NCBI GenBank assembly: GCA_052426225.1
Contig: JBNJNM010000012.1
Coordinates: 1,178,001 to 1,242,000, forward strand
DNA length: 64,000 nt
Reading direction: 5' to 3'
Origin: Zancudomyces culisetae HAW-14-8
Taxonomy: Eukaryota > Fungi > Kickxellomycota
The stretch's first letter is position 1, and the number at the start of each line of letters is the position of its first letter. The translations under genes were made by a program, and so were the position numbers. This document shows positions 24,245-35,015 of the stretch, piece after piece. Below the pieces are notes generated by a model. The model was not told the DNA's origin, searched no databases, and saw only the letters and a list, made by a program, of their open reading frames with translations.

Positions 24245-25564
24245 TTATATATGTTTTCGGGGTACGTCATCCTCTATTTCAACGCTATCCTCAGAATATG
24301 TTCTAGTGTACCCATCAGTTTCGAGAGTTTCTTCTTGGATGTGGCTTGGGCTGTTGCTGTGCTTATACAAAACGAAATGCTGTACTATAAATACAAGGTC
24401 AAACATTATTGATATCAAACCAAGAATCAGTTTAACCAGATTGTTTTGAATATATCCTAAGCTTCCTGCGTTCAAGGCGTCCAAAAAGAGTTGCGTACAA
24501 GACAAAAAACCACCGGTTACATCGAAAAGAATGTTGTGAATCGACCATCCTATTGTGGATTTGCGCTGGTAATTAATGTAGGCCTGCGGAATATACTTCA
24601 AGATGGTACACAGGAGCTTTGTGTACGAAATTATGTACAACGTGACTATTCGTGTAAAACGTAAGTAAGATATTGCCAGCGAGGCAAAAACCGCAAAAAT
24701 AATCCAGAAACACATTGAGGACATCTTTTGAGTGCGTTCTCTCTAATACAAATATTAGATATAGATAAATTTTTAGACAAAATGAGCGAAAGTTCGTCCA
24801 GACAAATTAAAATACCGTCAAGTACCGCCAATTATGTGGAAAAAGTACGGTCGAAAGCGTGTGTATACAATGAACTTACTTTGTAGATAAATGACTGGAT
24901 TAAAAGAACACTGCTCATCACAAGAGAATGTGCACTAAATACCACATCATTTAACATTACCAGACTGTCCTGACCATCGTGTGTAGCCCTGTACTCATTT
25001 TTTATGTCAATATCAAAATAAAACAACAGATTGTAGACCTAACATTTCAGCAGAGGCATTAGTATTTTGCAGTGTGATTTATATTCAAATTTTGTACCAC
25101 TCTCTTACCGCATAACAGGCAAACCCTAGCACGTTAAGATACAGAAAATCTATCGACAGCCCATGAACGCTATCATTTTTTTAATATTTCCATTGTTAGA
25201 TGTAGCACTTTTGGTTAAAAGAAATCCTTGGAACAGTTGTTTACAATAAGCTATATTGGTATAAACTGCTTACCTTTTGCGCTTGTAGTTTAAAATCGAT
25301 TGTGGATAAAAGCTGACCGACCAGGCCATAAAGTACATCTAAAATGATAGCAAATATGTAATAAGTACAACAGAAAGAAATGCATGTAGATATTTTTGCG
25401 TAGCTAGACTAGCATCAACCGGAATTTGCTTTTTAAAAGCCAAAAACATCGACCTATAAACCACTTCATTTCATTAAAAATAGTGTTTATCAAGAGTTGA
25501 TACTTACCCATCCCAGCACTGACGAAAGTATTGTTAAAATTTCGGTTTGATTGGTTGCTACCAT
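24245..25564 (-). CDS. ERS1: Cystinosin/Ers1 PQ-loop lysosomal-vacuolar cystine transporter (exons 25564-25508, 25338-25274, 25169-25109, 25038-24880, 24742-24245)
   Basis: Spliced: GW|MYFMAWSVSFYPQ..LNYKRK.V.GLSIDF..LNVLGF; NDVVFSAH; KYIPQAYINYQRKSTIGWSIHNILFDVTGG; QHFVLY. Two PQ loops. Confidence 0.92.
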
Positions 25565-26999
25565 CTTTATTTATTCCCTCTTCTTTCCAAGAAAAATAGA
25601 TTTTACGTCGTAGTACGTCGATTTTTGAATAGCTATCTCCTTTTAATAGTTCCCTACTTCTAAACAATATTTATAATTGTAGACTGCTAATTCTCGCTTC
25701 GCGTGTTTGCATCCAAAACCGATGTTGTTGTCACAATGTATCGCCGTATGTATATTCCTTTGAACAAAAAATTCTTTTAAATAGAATAAAAGCGCATGCT
25801 ATGGCAGTACCTTTTCGTACATGCACCTGAAAAATAGGCTAATTAATGGAAAGGAAGATTATCTCTAATATTTTCTGTTGAAGAAATGATCAGGGATGTA
25901 TTACTCTGTTTGCCTATCCTATATAGCAGTTTTTACAAACCCAAAATCAGTGTACTGATTTGTATAGTCACATTTTTATTAATATTTATTGCCTTTATCG
26001 ACTAGAACAAGATCTTTGAAACTTACCTTAAAAAGTCACGCTTATAAAGCAACACCTTTAGAATAAATATAGGCTTTTAAATGGCTGTTTATATTTGTAT
26101 ATTATTATTCCCAATCTTATTTCCATCGGATGCAAGCCAGTTTAATATTCCAATGAGCATCGAATTTCTTTCTGTTGTTAATTATCTTTAAAACTGAGGT
26201 TTATTTTTTTGCTTGAGCCTTGCTAAAATCTGTTATAGCTTAATTCTGTTTTCTTTTTTTAGTTTTGTTGAACATGGTTTTCAACACCACGCTATTTTTA
26301 TTGTAATATAAAAGAGCAAATAGAATGCCCTATAAACGGGGATTAAAATATTTGGGCTAATTTTGCATAAGCGTGAGACTCGCTCACCTCATTTCCACAT
26401 ATTTTTTTTCAACCTATTTTTGGGCTTTAAATGGAAATTATTGCAAATGCGGGACAAAATCGACAAAAATCAAACTAGCATCGAGTGTCTAGTATTACAC
26501 TTCGGCTTTTAACGCCATACACTATAGCTGCTTCTCTTTGTATTGCTTTTGATCAGCCTTCTTTCTAGAAGCATGTAAAAGAAACTTATTAGAAATGTCA
26601 ATTTCTCTTTTTTGATGACCTAGCTCTTACATATTAATTAATTGGTGGTGGTTCTAGACAAAATAACATTATTTTTCCCAACCAGAATTACCAAATAAAA
26701 AAAATCAACTGGTAAAAAAATAGCAGTTTAATTTCGCAAATGGATTGTTGAGTTTAACTCATCCGCCAATTTGACCCATTGTTATTGACACCAATATCTC
26801 TTTATTCCTGAAAAATGAACAATCTTGTGCACCCTATCGAAAACAATGACTAGTTGCTTGTGACTTGTAGGGAAAATCATCTACACTACATCTAAGCTTA
26901 ATGAAAAAGGAAAAACATGTGAATAAAAAAATATCCTGCGAGCATCAATGTACTAACGACAACTCCCATACAAATCTTCAAACGCTACATTGTTCTCTC

Positions 27000-28269
27000 T
27001 CATCCTAGAAGAGTCTCTATCCTGCTAACCTATTATACATGAATAAAACAGGTGAAAAAAAAGAAAAAAGACCATACCGAGCAACTATCGTGACATACCA
27101 AACCCAGAAAATCGCCGTTTCCCAACAGTTCCAAGATCCTCACTTTCAAGTCTTCATCGCTAACGCTATCCATCATTTGACCCTGTGTTATGTTCAATTC
27201 TGAGCCATACTGGGTTTCGTGGACTATACAACACATATACTCCAGTGGTATAACTCTCAATGAAAAAATGAAAAAATATATTCCTGTTCCTAGTTAAAAA
27301 AAAAACTTACACGTTTCTGGATTCTCATTTTCTTGAGTATAGTAAGTATTCTGCTCTCTACTTTGCACCCCGTCTTGAAATATTCCTTCTAGCCGAACTC
27401 CCGCTTGCTGTCCATTCTTCAAAGCAAAAACTGATCCTTGAGTAGACTCTTGATGTCCGCTCTCCCTAAATGCATTTGTGTGCTGGGTAGCGCTGGTATC
27501 TTGGCTAAACGCAATAAAATCGCTTTGTACACTCATCATTCTACAAAATGCACTCTCGGACCTCTGTGCTTGGCTTTCTTTAAGTAATACACCTTTCGAC
27601 TCCCTTACACTTTTTAATATTTTTGACTGACTGCTTCTTTCCCCTTTTCTCTCTTTTTTTTCGGTAGCAGCGCCCATACTTTCCAGTCCGTTTATAAACA
27701 GTCTTACATCTTGTGCGCTTTCAAAAACAAAATTCATTAACACAACCATACCCTCGTTACCAGAGTCCTCAACAACTACCGGTACATTAGAACTTGTGCG
27801 ACCCGATCCCAGTTTTTGCTGCACCCTAAAAACCTTTATTCCTACAACTTTATCGTTGTGTATTATTTTGGGGTTTTGTATCACTGACTTTCCATTAAAA
27901 CAGTATCTTTCGACCCAGATCGGTATTACCGCCTATTCATTAAGTATCCAAAGAGTTGGTTACTAAGTGGTATATACTATCTGTTATATTTAGAAACCAA
28001 AAAGTATTTAGTATTATATAGTTTACAATGTTGGAAGGATCAGAGGATCCCAGAAAACCCAATCGACTACCGCTTTGGGTTTGAGTATATGTATCTGCAC
28101 TATTGGTCTCATTTCCACTACCCCCAAATACGCATATACAGCGAGTGATATAATCTATTTTTGTTAGCAAGTTTACATAAACGCTTTGAGGCGAAACCTC
28201 TTTACTTCTTTCCACCCCACCACCTTCATTGCTAACGCTTTGCAGAATAAACTTTCTAATCTTATACAT
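27000..28269 (-). CDS. Putative REC114/Rec7-like meiotic DSB protein (multi-exon; internal junctions uncertain; last exon 27029-27000)
   Basis: N-terminal beta-rich, PH-like segments (VVGIKVF; MNFVFESAQDVRLFINGL), SQ/TQ-rich middle, spliced C-terminus DEDLKVRILELLGNGDFLGL|VSRIETLLG* resembling the REC114 C-terminal helix motif. Confidence 0.55.
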
Positions 28270-29822
28270 AATTTAGCACCGATTTCCTCTTTCTTCTTTC
28301 ACCAAGCTTTTTCGTGTGTTTAATAATTTTATCTAGCCAAAAGAAAATGGATTAACGAATGTACGGTTTTATACGCAAATTAGCACGATAAATAATGCTG
28401 GTTAGCAAGTATCAATACGATAATATAGCTGAAGTGAATAAAAATCAGGCTTCCAGCCTTTAACAAAAGCATATCATTTTTTGTCAAATATCTAAGCCTA
28501 GCACTCAGAAACTGATCTATAAAGAGCCATCCAAAACTATAGTGATGTGAAAATCGTGCAATTATCACACATCCCATACCTTGTTTGCATTTCTCTGAAC
28601 TTTTTGCTCTTATTAAAGTCAGTTTTTTTTCTGTCATTTTACATTTTGCTAGTAAATGTTTTTTGACATGTAAATCATTGACAGATTAAATTTACACCAT
28701 GGCGAGAGATTATAGTAAAAAAATAAGTCAACCACTGTATTAGTGATTATACCTATCTTTTGCTTCCATAATTCCAGGTTATCAAATATTTTCAGCCTTG
28801 AGGTAAACTGACAGAGTTTGAAATTTTGAAACTGAAAAACAAAATCTTTTTTTTTTAGAGGAAGGTGGAGATGAAAAAACCGACATTGGCCGCGTAAAAT
28901 ATATATTGCGTTATCGGGGTTACCCCTCTAGTGTTGACCAGACTACTATTGTCTAGGCTATGGTTAAAAAGAAATAAACAACAAAACAAAACATCGAGAT
29001 GGCCAGTTTTCTACACACAACTTGGTTTTCAATTTTCTACTCACTCCACAATTGAAGTTTTCTTTCCAATTAGCTGAACGATGCCAGTAGAATCTCCATA
29101 TTTTAGCTAGCCACAAAACCAACTGGTATTCTGAGTACTGCGTTTGAACCAAGACCTTTTCTTTCTAAGTTTGCTTTTGTTCTGGAATCTTAGGTCAAGC
29201 TCTCCCAAGTTAGTTTTGTTCAATTTTCACTTTTAAGTCGGGAATTTATCCAATTATCAAGCCTCATAGTCATGTTTAGAAGTTGATGGTACCAAACATT
29301 TAGAGTAAGTGATAAATGAATTATGTATCATACTATACTTGTTATTAGTAGTATCAGTAAAAAATGGCATGATCGGTCACCCATCAGTGACATAGCATGA
29401 GTAACGTGTATTCTTACGTATCAGCAAATTAAATGTAAAAAGTGCTGCTCAGCCTTCTAAAAGCGTAGTTAGAATACATAGGCTGCCAGCTGGTACCACA
29501 TGTCGACTCAAGTATTAATATGCGTGGATAATGATAAGAACTCTATACTTATTCTACTATTTTCTGTGAAAATCTTATTTAAATGCTCATATTTGCTACA
29601 TTTGTTCCAATTCTCATAATTGATAATACTTTCACTATAGTTAATAAATATAATAAATTAATACTGAAAACATTTTTGCAATAGGACCATAGCGTTATAA
29701 ATTAAATTCTCGCGAGTAGATAAAGATACCCACTTTCTATTTATCTGTCAGAGTGCATATATTATAGTAACTAGATTATTTTTTAAACTGTAACACCACA
29801 CAATAATACGAGAAAGAGAAGA

Positions 29823-30305
29823 ATGAACAATATAGTTGAAATATTAGTATCGTTCCTAGTACTAGCTTGTACGGCTTATTCACAGGATCCGATTCCTAAT
29901 CTAGACACGAGTATGAACTGTTTTAGCAGTAGTTGCCAGTCAAACTACAGAGATTTTAGATGTATCGCTGATTGTTTCAATGTAAACACCCCAAATTCTG
30001 AAGTACAGCAGCAAGTTGAAAGATGTTATAAGCTTTGTGGTGAAGGTCGGCAGTCAGACCAAGCTAGCTGTGTGAATGACTGTATGGTAGTGTTTTTTAA
30101 GCCTAATGGAGCAGTTGCAAATCAGGAAAAATCCACCAATAATAATGGGAATCTAAACAGCGAACCCATCATTTCAAATAGAGAGTCTAACCAGACAACC
30201 ACAGCCACAACCGAGCAGAAGAGCGGAGCAACCTCCCTAAGAAATGCTGTTATTAGTGTCAGTAAATATGCTTTTGTGTATGTTTTTTTAACTTTTGTCT
30301 GCTAA
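29823..30305 (+). CDS. Small secreted 8-Cys protein, probably GPI-anchored; paralog of 16864-17476
   Basis: Signal peptide; C-x4-C-x8-C-x3-C-x16-C-x3-C-x10-C-x3-C; N/S/T linker; SGA omega-like site then hydrophobic tail. Confidence 0.85.
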   Translation: MNNIVEILVSFLVLACTAYSQDPIPNLDTSMNCFSSSCQSNYRDFRCIADCFNVNTPNSEVQQQVERCYKLCGEGRQSDQASCVNDCMVVFFKPNGAVANQEKSTNNNGNLNSEPIISNRESNQTTTATTEQKSGATSLRNAVISVSKYAFVYVFLTFVC

Positions 30306-30467
30306 GATACGAATAGATTTGTATTTTGAGATGGTTGCTTGTGTTTATATGTTGTTTAGAGAATTTAGATGTAGTCAGTAAATAAAAAGATAATTTCAAA
30401 AAATTTTGTGTGCTAATAAGCGTTTTTGTAATTTTGTCTTGGTCAAGCATGTTGTTTCCACATTTCA

Positions 30468-31433
30468 TTAACATAGGAAAAAAATATTAATGAGCACAAA
30501 GATAAAGTTTACTGCTATAAGGGATGCCGAAACGGTACTTGATGGTGCATCACTTGGATCATATTGCGCGGTCAGAAGATCCTCTTCACTTATCTTTGTT
30601 ATATCTGATATCCACTTGAGATAATTGTATGAATGTACAAACACGGACATTCCACCGTTTGATCCGCATAGTGGTGCATTTTCTTCTGTACGTTTTCCAT
30701 AACTTGTTATACCAATGAGTGTATTTACATTACCATGGCGATAAATTAGTGGGCCTCCTGAATCGCCTTTACACGTATCTTTATTTTCTTTAACGATTAA
30801 ACATATCTGGGCATCAGAAACCCATTTAGGTATGCGATCTTTACAGATTTTTGAATCATCGTCAGCAAGTTCTACCTGTAGGAAAGAAGTAGGACCTTTT
30901 AAATTATCAGGGTCATTAAGCCCCCAACCAAGCGCAATTAGCTTCGTCTGTTTCTCTACATCTCTTTTGGAAATATGTATGGGTCTTGAAATTCGATCAT
31001 TGAAGGGAGAAGATAACATGATTATTCCAATATCATGTATGTTATTAAAAATCTCACCCTTATAGTCCGGGTGAAGATGTATCGATTTGGCTTTCCTCCT
31101 ATTTTTGTTGAAAGCAAGTCTTTCTTTACTACCAGCAGATACATAAATTTTTTCTGCTGAATAAGGGGCATGTATTTCTTCTTCATAAAGGCAATGCGCC
31201 GCTGTAAGCACCACATCCTTTGATAATAGTGACCCACCACAACTGTAACTCTTGCCTGACGCAGATATCATCAGAATGCTTACCAAAAATGGAAAGTCCT
31301 CAATATTGGCTCCGTTTCCGTTTATTATTTTTAACGAGGGTTTTATGCTAGCTGTTTTGTCTCTGACATCTGTGATTCCAAATGAGGTACTGGCTATTGA
31401 TAATACTAGCACTATTAATGCTATGAATAACAT
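30468..31433 (-). CDS. Secreted trypsin-type (S1A) serine protease with hydrophobic C-terminal anchor
   Basis: ATG at 31433 opens a signal peptide; activation site K|IING; CGGSL, TAAHC, HDIG, GWG, DTCKGDSGGP (Asp189-type pocket); hydrophobic tail. Confidence 0.92.
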   Translation of the reverse strand: MLFIALIVLVLSIASTSFGITDVRDKTASIKPSLKIINGNGANIEDFPFLVSILMISASGKSYSCGGSLLSKDVVLTAAHCLYEEEIHAPYSAEKIYVSAGSKERLAFNKNRRKAKSIHLHPDYKGEIFNNIHDIGIIMLSSPFNDRISRPIHISKRDVEKQTKLIALGWGLNDPDNLKGPTSFLQVELADDDSKICKDRIPKWVSDAQICLIVKENKDTCKGDSGGPLIYRHGNVNTLIGITSYGKRTEENAPLCGSNGGMSVFVHSYNYLKWISDITKISEEDLLTAQYDPSDAPSSTVSASLIAVNFIFVLINIFFLC

Positions 31434-32231
31434 CGAATGTTTATTTGGTATTGTTATTTCAAGTTCGTTAGGTTTCCACAACCACTATTGTTGGATGTCT
31501 TCAGAGTAAAGAAAGTAACTCTGATAAACTACAGGTATATTTTTACCAAGGGGTGTAACTGTCTCAAATAAATGATAAAACCAACTGGGCTGGTGAAGTA
31601 AGCCTTATATACTTTTTCTTTCTCTTTGAAAAATGTCATGGTTAGGTTAAAGGGTGCAAAAAAAATAGATTTTATCCTATATACTATTTTTGCTCCATTT
31701 CATTACAGTTTTTTCTTTAAAGTTCATAAATGGAAGGTAGGATTTTTTCAATAACTAATAACACAAGACATTTATGTACATAATTTTTTGGGAGGAGGAG
31801 AGGAGAGAAGGAGAGTGGAAATTTGTAAAGACGCGTTTAAATGTGGGCACTCCTTTGCTCTTTTTATAAAAAATCAGCCTACCACTAATATTATGTGTAC
31901 ATTACAGTTGAATATTAACAAACCAAGCCCCTTTATGTTTCCCTACTCCTGCTCCTGCTCCCCCCCAAAAAAAAGGATAAATTGCCTATTGAATAAGAAT
32001 AAGCTGTACATCGAAGACATCTCAGGTTTGGGTGTTTAGTACCAAAGCATCAAAATGAGAAATTTTAAAAAAAAATAACCTTACATCGATATTATTGGAT
32101 ACGGGATTTTATGAAATGCATAGTTTATATTCCAAAAAAAGGTTTATAAAAAAACTAGACGAAGCCCAGCCAAAGATGCTTAGTGTTAATATACATATGT
32201 CAAAAGGTGGTTGGTGGGCGTGTTGGGGCTA

Positions 32232-33177
32232 CTAGATCTTTTTAGATAGATCGATTACTCGCTTGAGACCCAACAGCCATTTACTTTCTCCTTCAAAAGT
32301 GTTTAACATTGTCTTCTTATGTATCGATATTGCGCCCTCGTGGTTTTGAGACTGAATTTCTATAGGGAATATGATGCTTTTAGTTATGGTGCATTAAAAA
32401 ATGTAAGTGTATATGAAACCAATGATATTTTACCTTGAGCAATGCTAGACAACGATGAAACGAGTGATGGGTCTAAATCTTTAATCCTTTGTTCTAAAAT
32501 TTCGATTCTCTTCCTAGTGTCCTGTACAGTTTTCTTTTGGATCTATTCAAAAATTAAACATACAAGTATTATTTAAAACTTTAGAATATTGCTAGCATGC
32601 AGGTATGAATGTATGGGAAATAGCTTACTGGTGTTTCTTGTGGAGTTTCGTTCAGCACTGAGTAAAAGACTTCTAGTATTCTTTCTGGCGAAAGTGTGTC
32701 TTTATTAACAGGGGATACCGAAGAATTTTTGTTTGTTTCTTGCTGAGGCAAAAGATTACTCAGCGCCTGGAAATTGACGGTAGGTGGCTCCTGTTTCTTT
32801 TGCAAGGTGATAGGAGGACCGTTAAGGGTTGTTCCCATTGTAGGACTGGATCCATTGAGCTCGGCCTTCCTTTCGCCATTCGACTCAGTGCTTGCACCTG
32901 AATTTATGTAGCTTGGAAGGGCACGTGAATTGTGCTTTGAAACCGAGGAGCCCTGCTGAGGCCTTGACGATGCTACTACTCTGTCGCCTGTAGTTCGAGA
33001 AAACACATTTTTGGGGGGATCGTTCCAGTGACCTTTACTTGCGTGGCCTGTACCAGTAAAGTTAAGATACCCGCCATTTATGGCTTGGTTGGGGAATGTG
33101 AGCTTAGCTGGAGTTATTGTGGGAGTAGTAAAGGCTAATTCCGAATTTTGGCACTGATTGTCTTCTGTTTGATTCAT
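32232..33177 (-). CDS. SRA1: Stand-alone SRA1/Sec31 C-terminal domain protein (exons 33177-32629, 32542-32434, 32359-32232)
   Basis: HWNDPP motif; spliced C-terminus QDTRKRIEILEQRI...LSSIAQEIQSQNHEGAISIHKKTM...ESKWLLGLKRVI matches the SRA1/Sec31 helical bundle pattern. Confidence 0.8.
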
Positions 33178-34497
33178 TTTCGCAGGGCTTCTTTACTTTG
33201 CTGTTATAGCGCGTGTTTTTTTTTTGTTTTCTTTATACGGCTAATAACGATGTGGCTCTGTTTTTATGCAATTAGTTTGTTAGGAATATAATGTATGAAA
33301 TTTGGCTTGCTCGAAGAATAAGACGGACCAGAATCTTGTTCTAAAAAAGAAGCTGCAATGATTGCCTATGGAATGATTCTTTCTACGTTCTCGATACTTT
33401 TTGCCTCTGTAGATATGCGATTTGGCTCTACAAGGGTGTGGAATGCTGTTTTTTAAAGATATAAGGCTACACACGCAAAGTAAATGAAGAAAAAGTTATG
33501 ATTTCACTCGACTTGATACTAAATATGGATTTACTGAAAATATAAGAAAAAAATTCTGGTTCAGTTGTTGTTTCTTGTTCCCTTTTACATAGGGTATATT
33601 GGTAATGATGTGGAAACTGGTATAACTTGAACCAACTGTTACCAATAAAAAATTTTCTATTAGATAATTATAGCTTGGTTTTATGTGAAGTGAAAACATA
33701 CAGAAGCTTTTATTTGCTACACTGTAAATTAATTTCCGTTAATTATAGAAACGGCTTTATATGCAAGACTTGTGTTTTTTTTCACCAAAACCTTTAATTT
33801 GGATTTGTAATGGATGCAGAATGCAATAAAAGTCCATGTGGTTCTGTGTAAAGATTTTCATTTCTGTGTGAGGGAAAAACATGGATAAAGTGGAATACTA
33901 TTTGTTGGCTAATATAGCGATTTAAAAAGCTCAATATTACAAGGCTTCTTTAAATGAGAATGGACTTGTGAATACTCATAAAAATTAATGATGGGTGAAA
34001 ATGGTGGAAGCCCAGAATTTCCATATGATGGGCATATATCCCCCTCCCCTTGGGCTAGTTAAAAATTCATTGTGATATAGAAATTAATGAATGACAATTG
34101 CTGGCTAGTAGCCAACTTTATTAGTACAAAATAAATGGGAAATATTGACTATAATGGGCAAAGTAAAAGGAGAATAATGAGTTCAGTAGTTCATAGTATG
34201 ATAATACCATGTTGGGTTTTGCATTACATGCTACTCAAATAACCCAGTCTAAAACGAATGATAAACGTGTATTTCCAGATTTTTTCGGTGAATAAAAAAA
34301 AAGTAGGGCAAATACAGACATAGGTATCTCAGAATTACTGCTATATATCATTATTCATAATGAATCACCGCCAATTTCAGGATTTTGAATGGAAGAGAAC
34401 GGAGTAGGCGCAAATATACTTATGGCCACAAACTAGTTTACTTTATTTTCAGCTAGGAACCATCATAATTTTCACAAAAAAGAGGGTGATCGGTATT

Positions 34498-34830
34498 GGA
34501 TACCCCCATCTATAACATGGTCGTATTAAGAGATATTTACCCCTTAAGCTACGGCCTTATTTTGATGTAGAGGGGATCTTTTTTTAATGGAAGTATACAT
34601 GGTCACAGTCCAAAAAGAGATTGTGACACAGATGCTCAAACTGTAAGAGCCAAACTGCTGTTGATTATAGCAATAAGGTTCGTGATCTAAACGGATGCAA
34701 CCCTGCTATACACATAGCTTTTATTGGAAAGTTGACTTATGTACTAATGTTTTGATCCGAAAACCTATAAGTCCTGCTAATGTTTTTTAACCGGGTTCTC
34801 ATAACACTGATTCGAACCTTAGCACAAACA
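34498..34830 (+). ncRNA. Candidate structured RNA (run of adjacent hairpins), family unassigned
   Basis: Stems read by eye: GGTCGTA/TACGGCC, GTCACAGTC/GATTGTGAC, TATAGCA/TGCTATA, GACTTAT/ATAAGTC, TGCTAA/TTAGCA with GGTTC/GAACC. No family motif recognised. Confidence 0.25.
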
Positions 34831-34889
34831 TAACTTTGAAAGTGATGTAGAAGCTCAATTACTTTAGATCCTTGGAAAAAAAAATTATC

Positions 34890-34907
34890 TTGAAAAAAAA
34901 TTTTCAG
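34890..34907 (+). promoter_or_regulatory. RRPE-like element upstream of SAS10
   Basis: TGAAAAAAAATTTTC about 110 nt before the ATG of a ribosome-biogenesis gene; resembles the yeast RRPE (TGAAAAWTTTT). Confidence 0.35.
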
Positions 34908-35015
34908 TCCAATTCAGTAAAAAAAAAAAATTAATTTTGAATTATAGACAATTCGATTCAGTTATAAAATTTTTTAAAGTGATCCACGAGAAATAGAAGC
35001 AAAGAAAAAGTGAAA

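Noticed and set aside
34800-34870. tRNA-Sec-like pieces on the - strand (CATCAC-TTTCAAA-GTTATG followed by GGTTCGAATC)
   Set aside because: The T-stem does not pair, there is no D-arm or acceptor stem, and the variable arm is too short. At most a relic or chance match.
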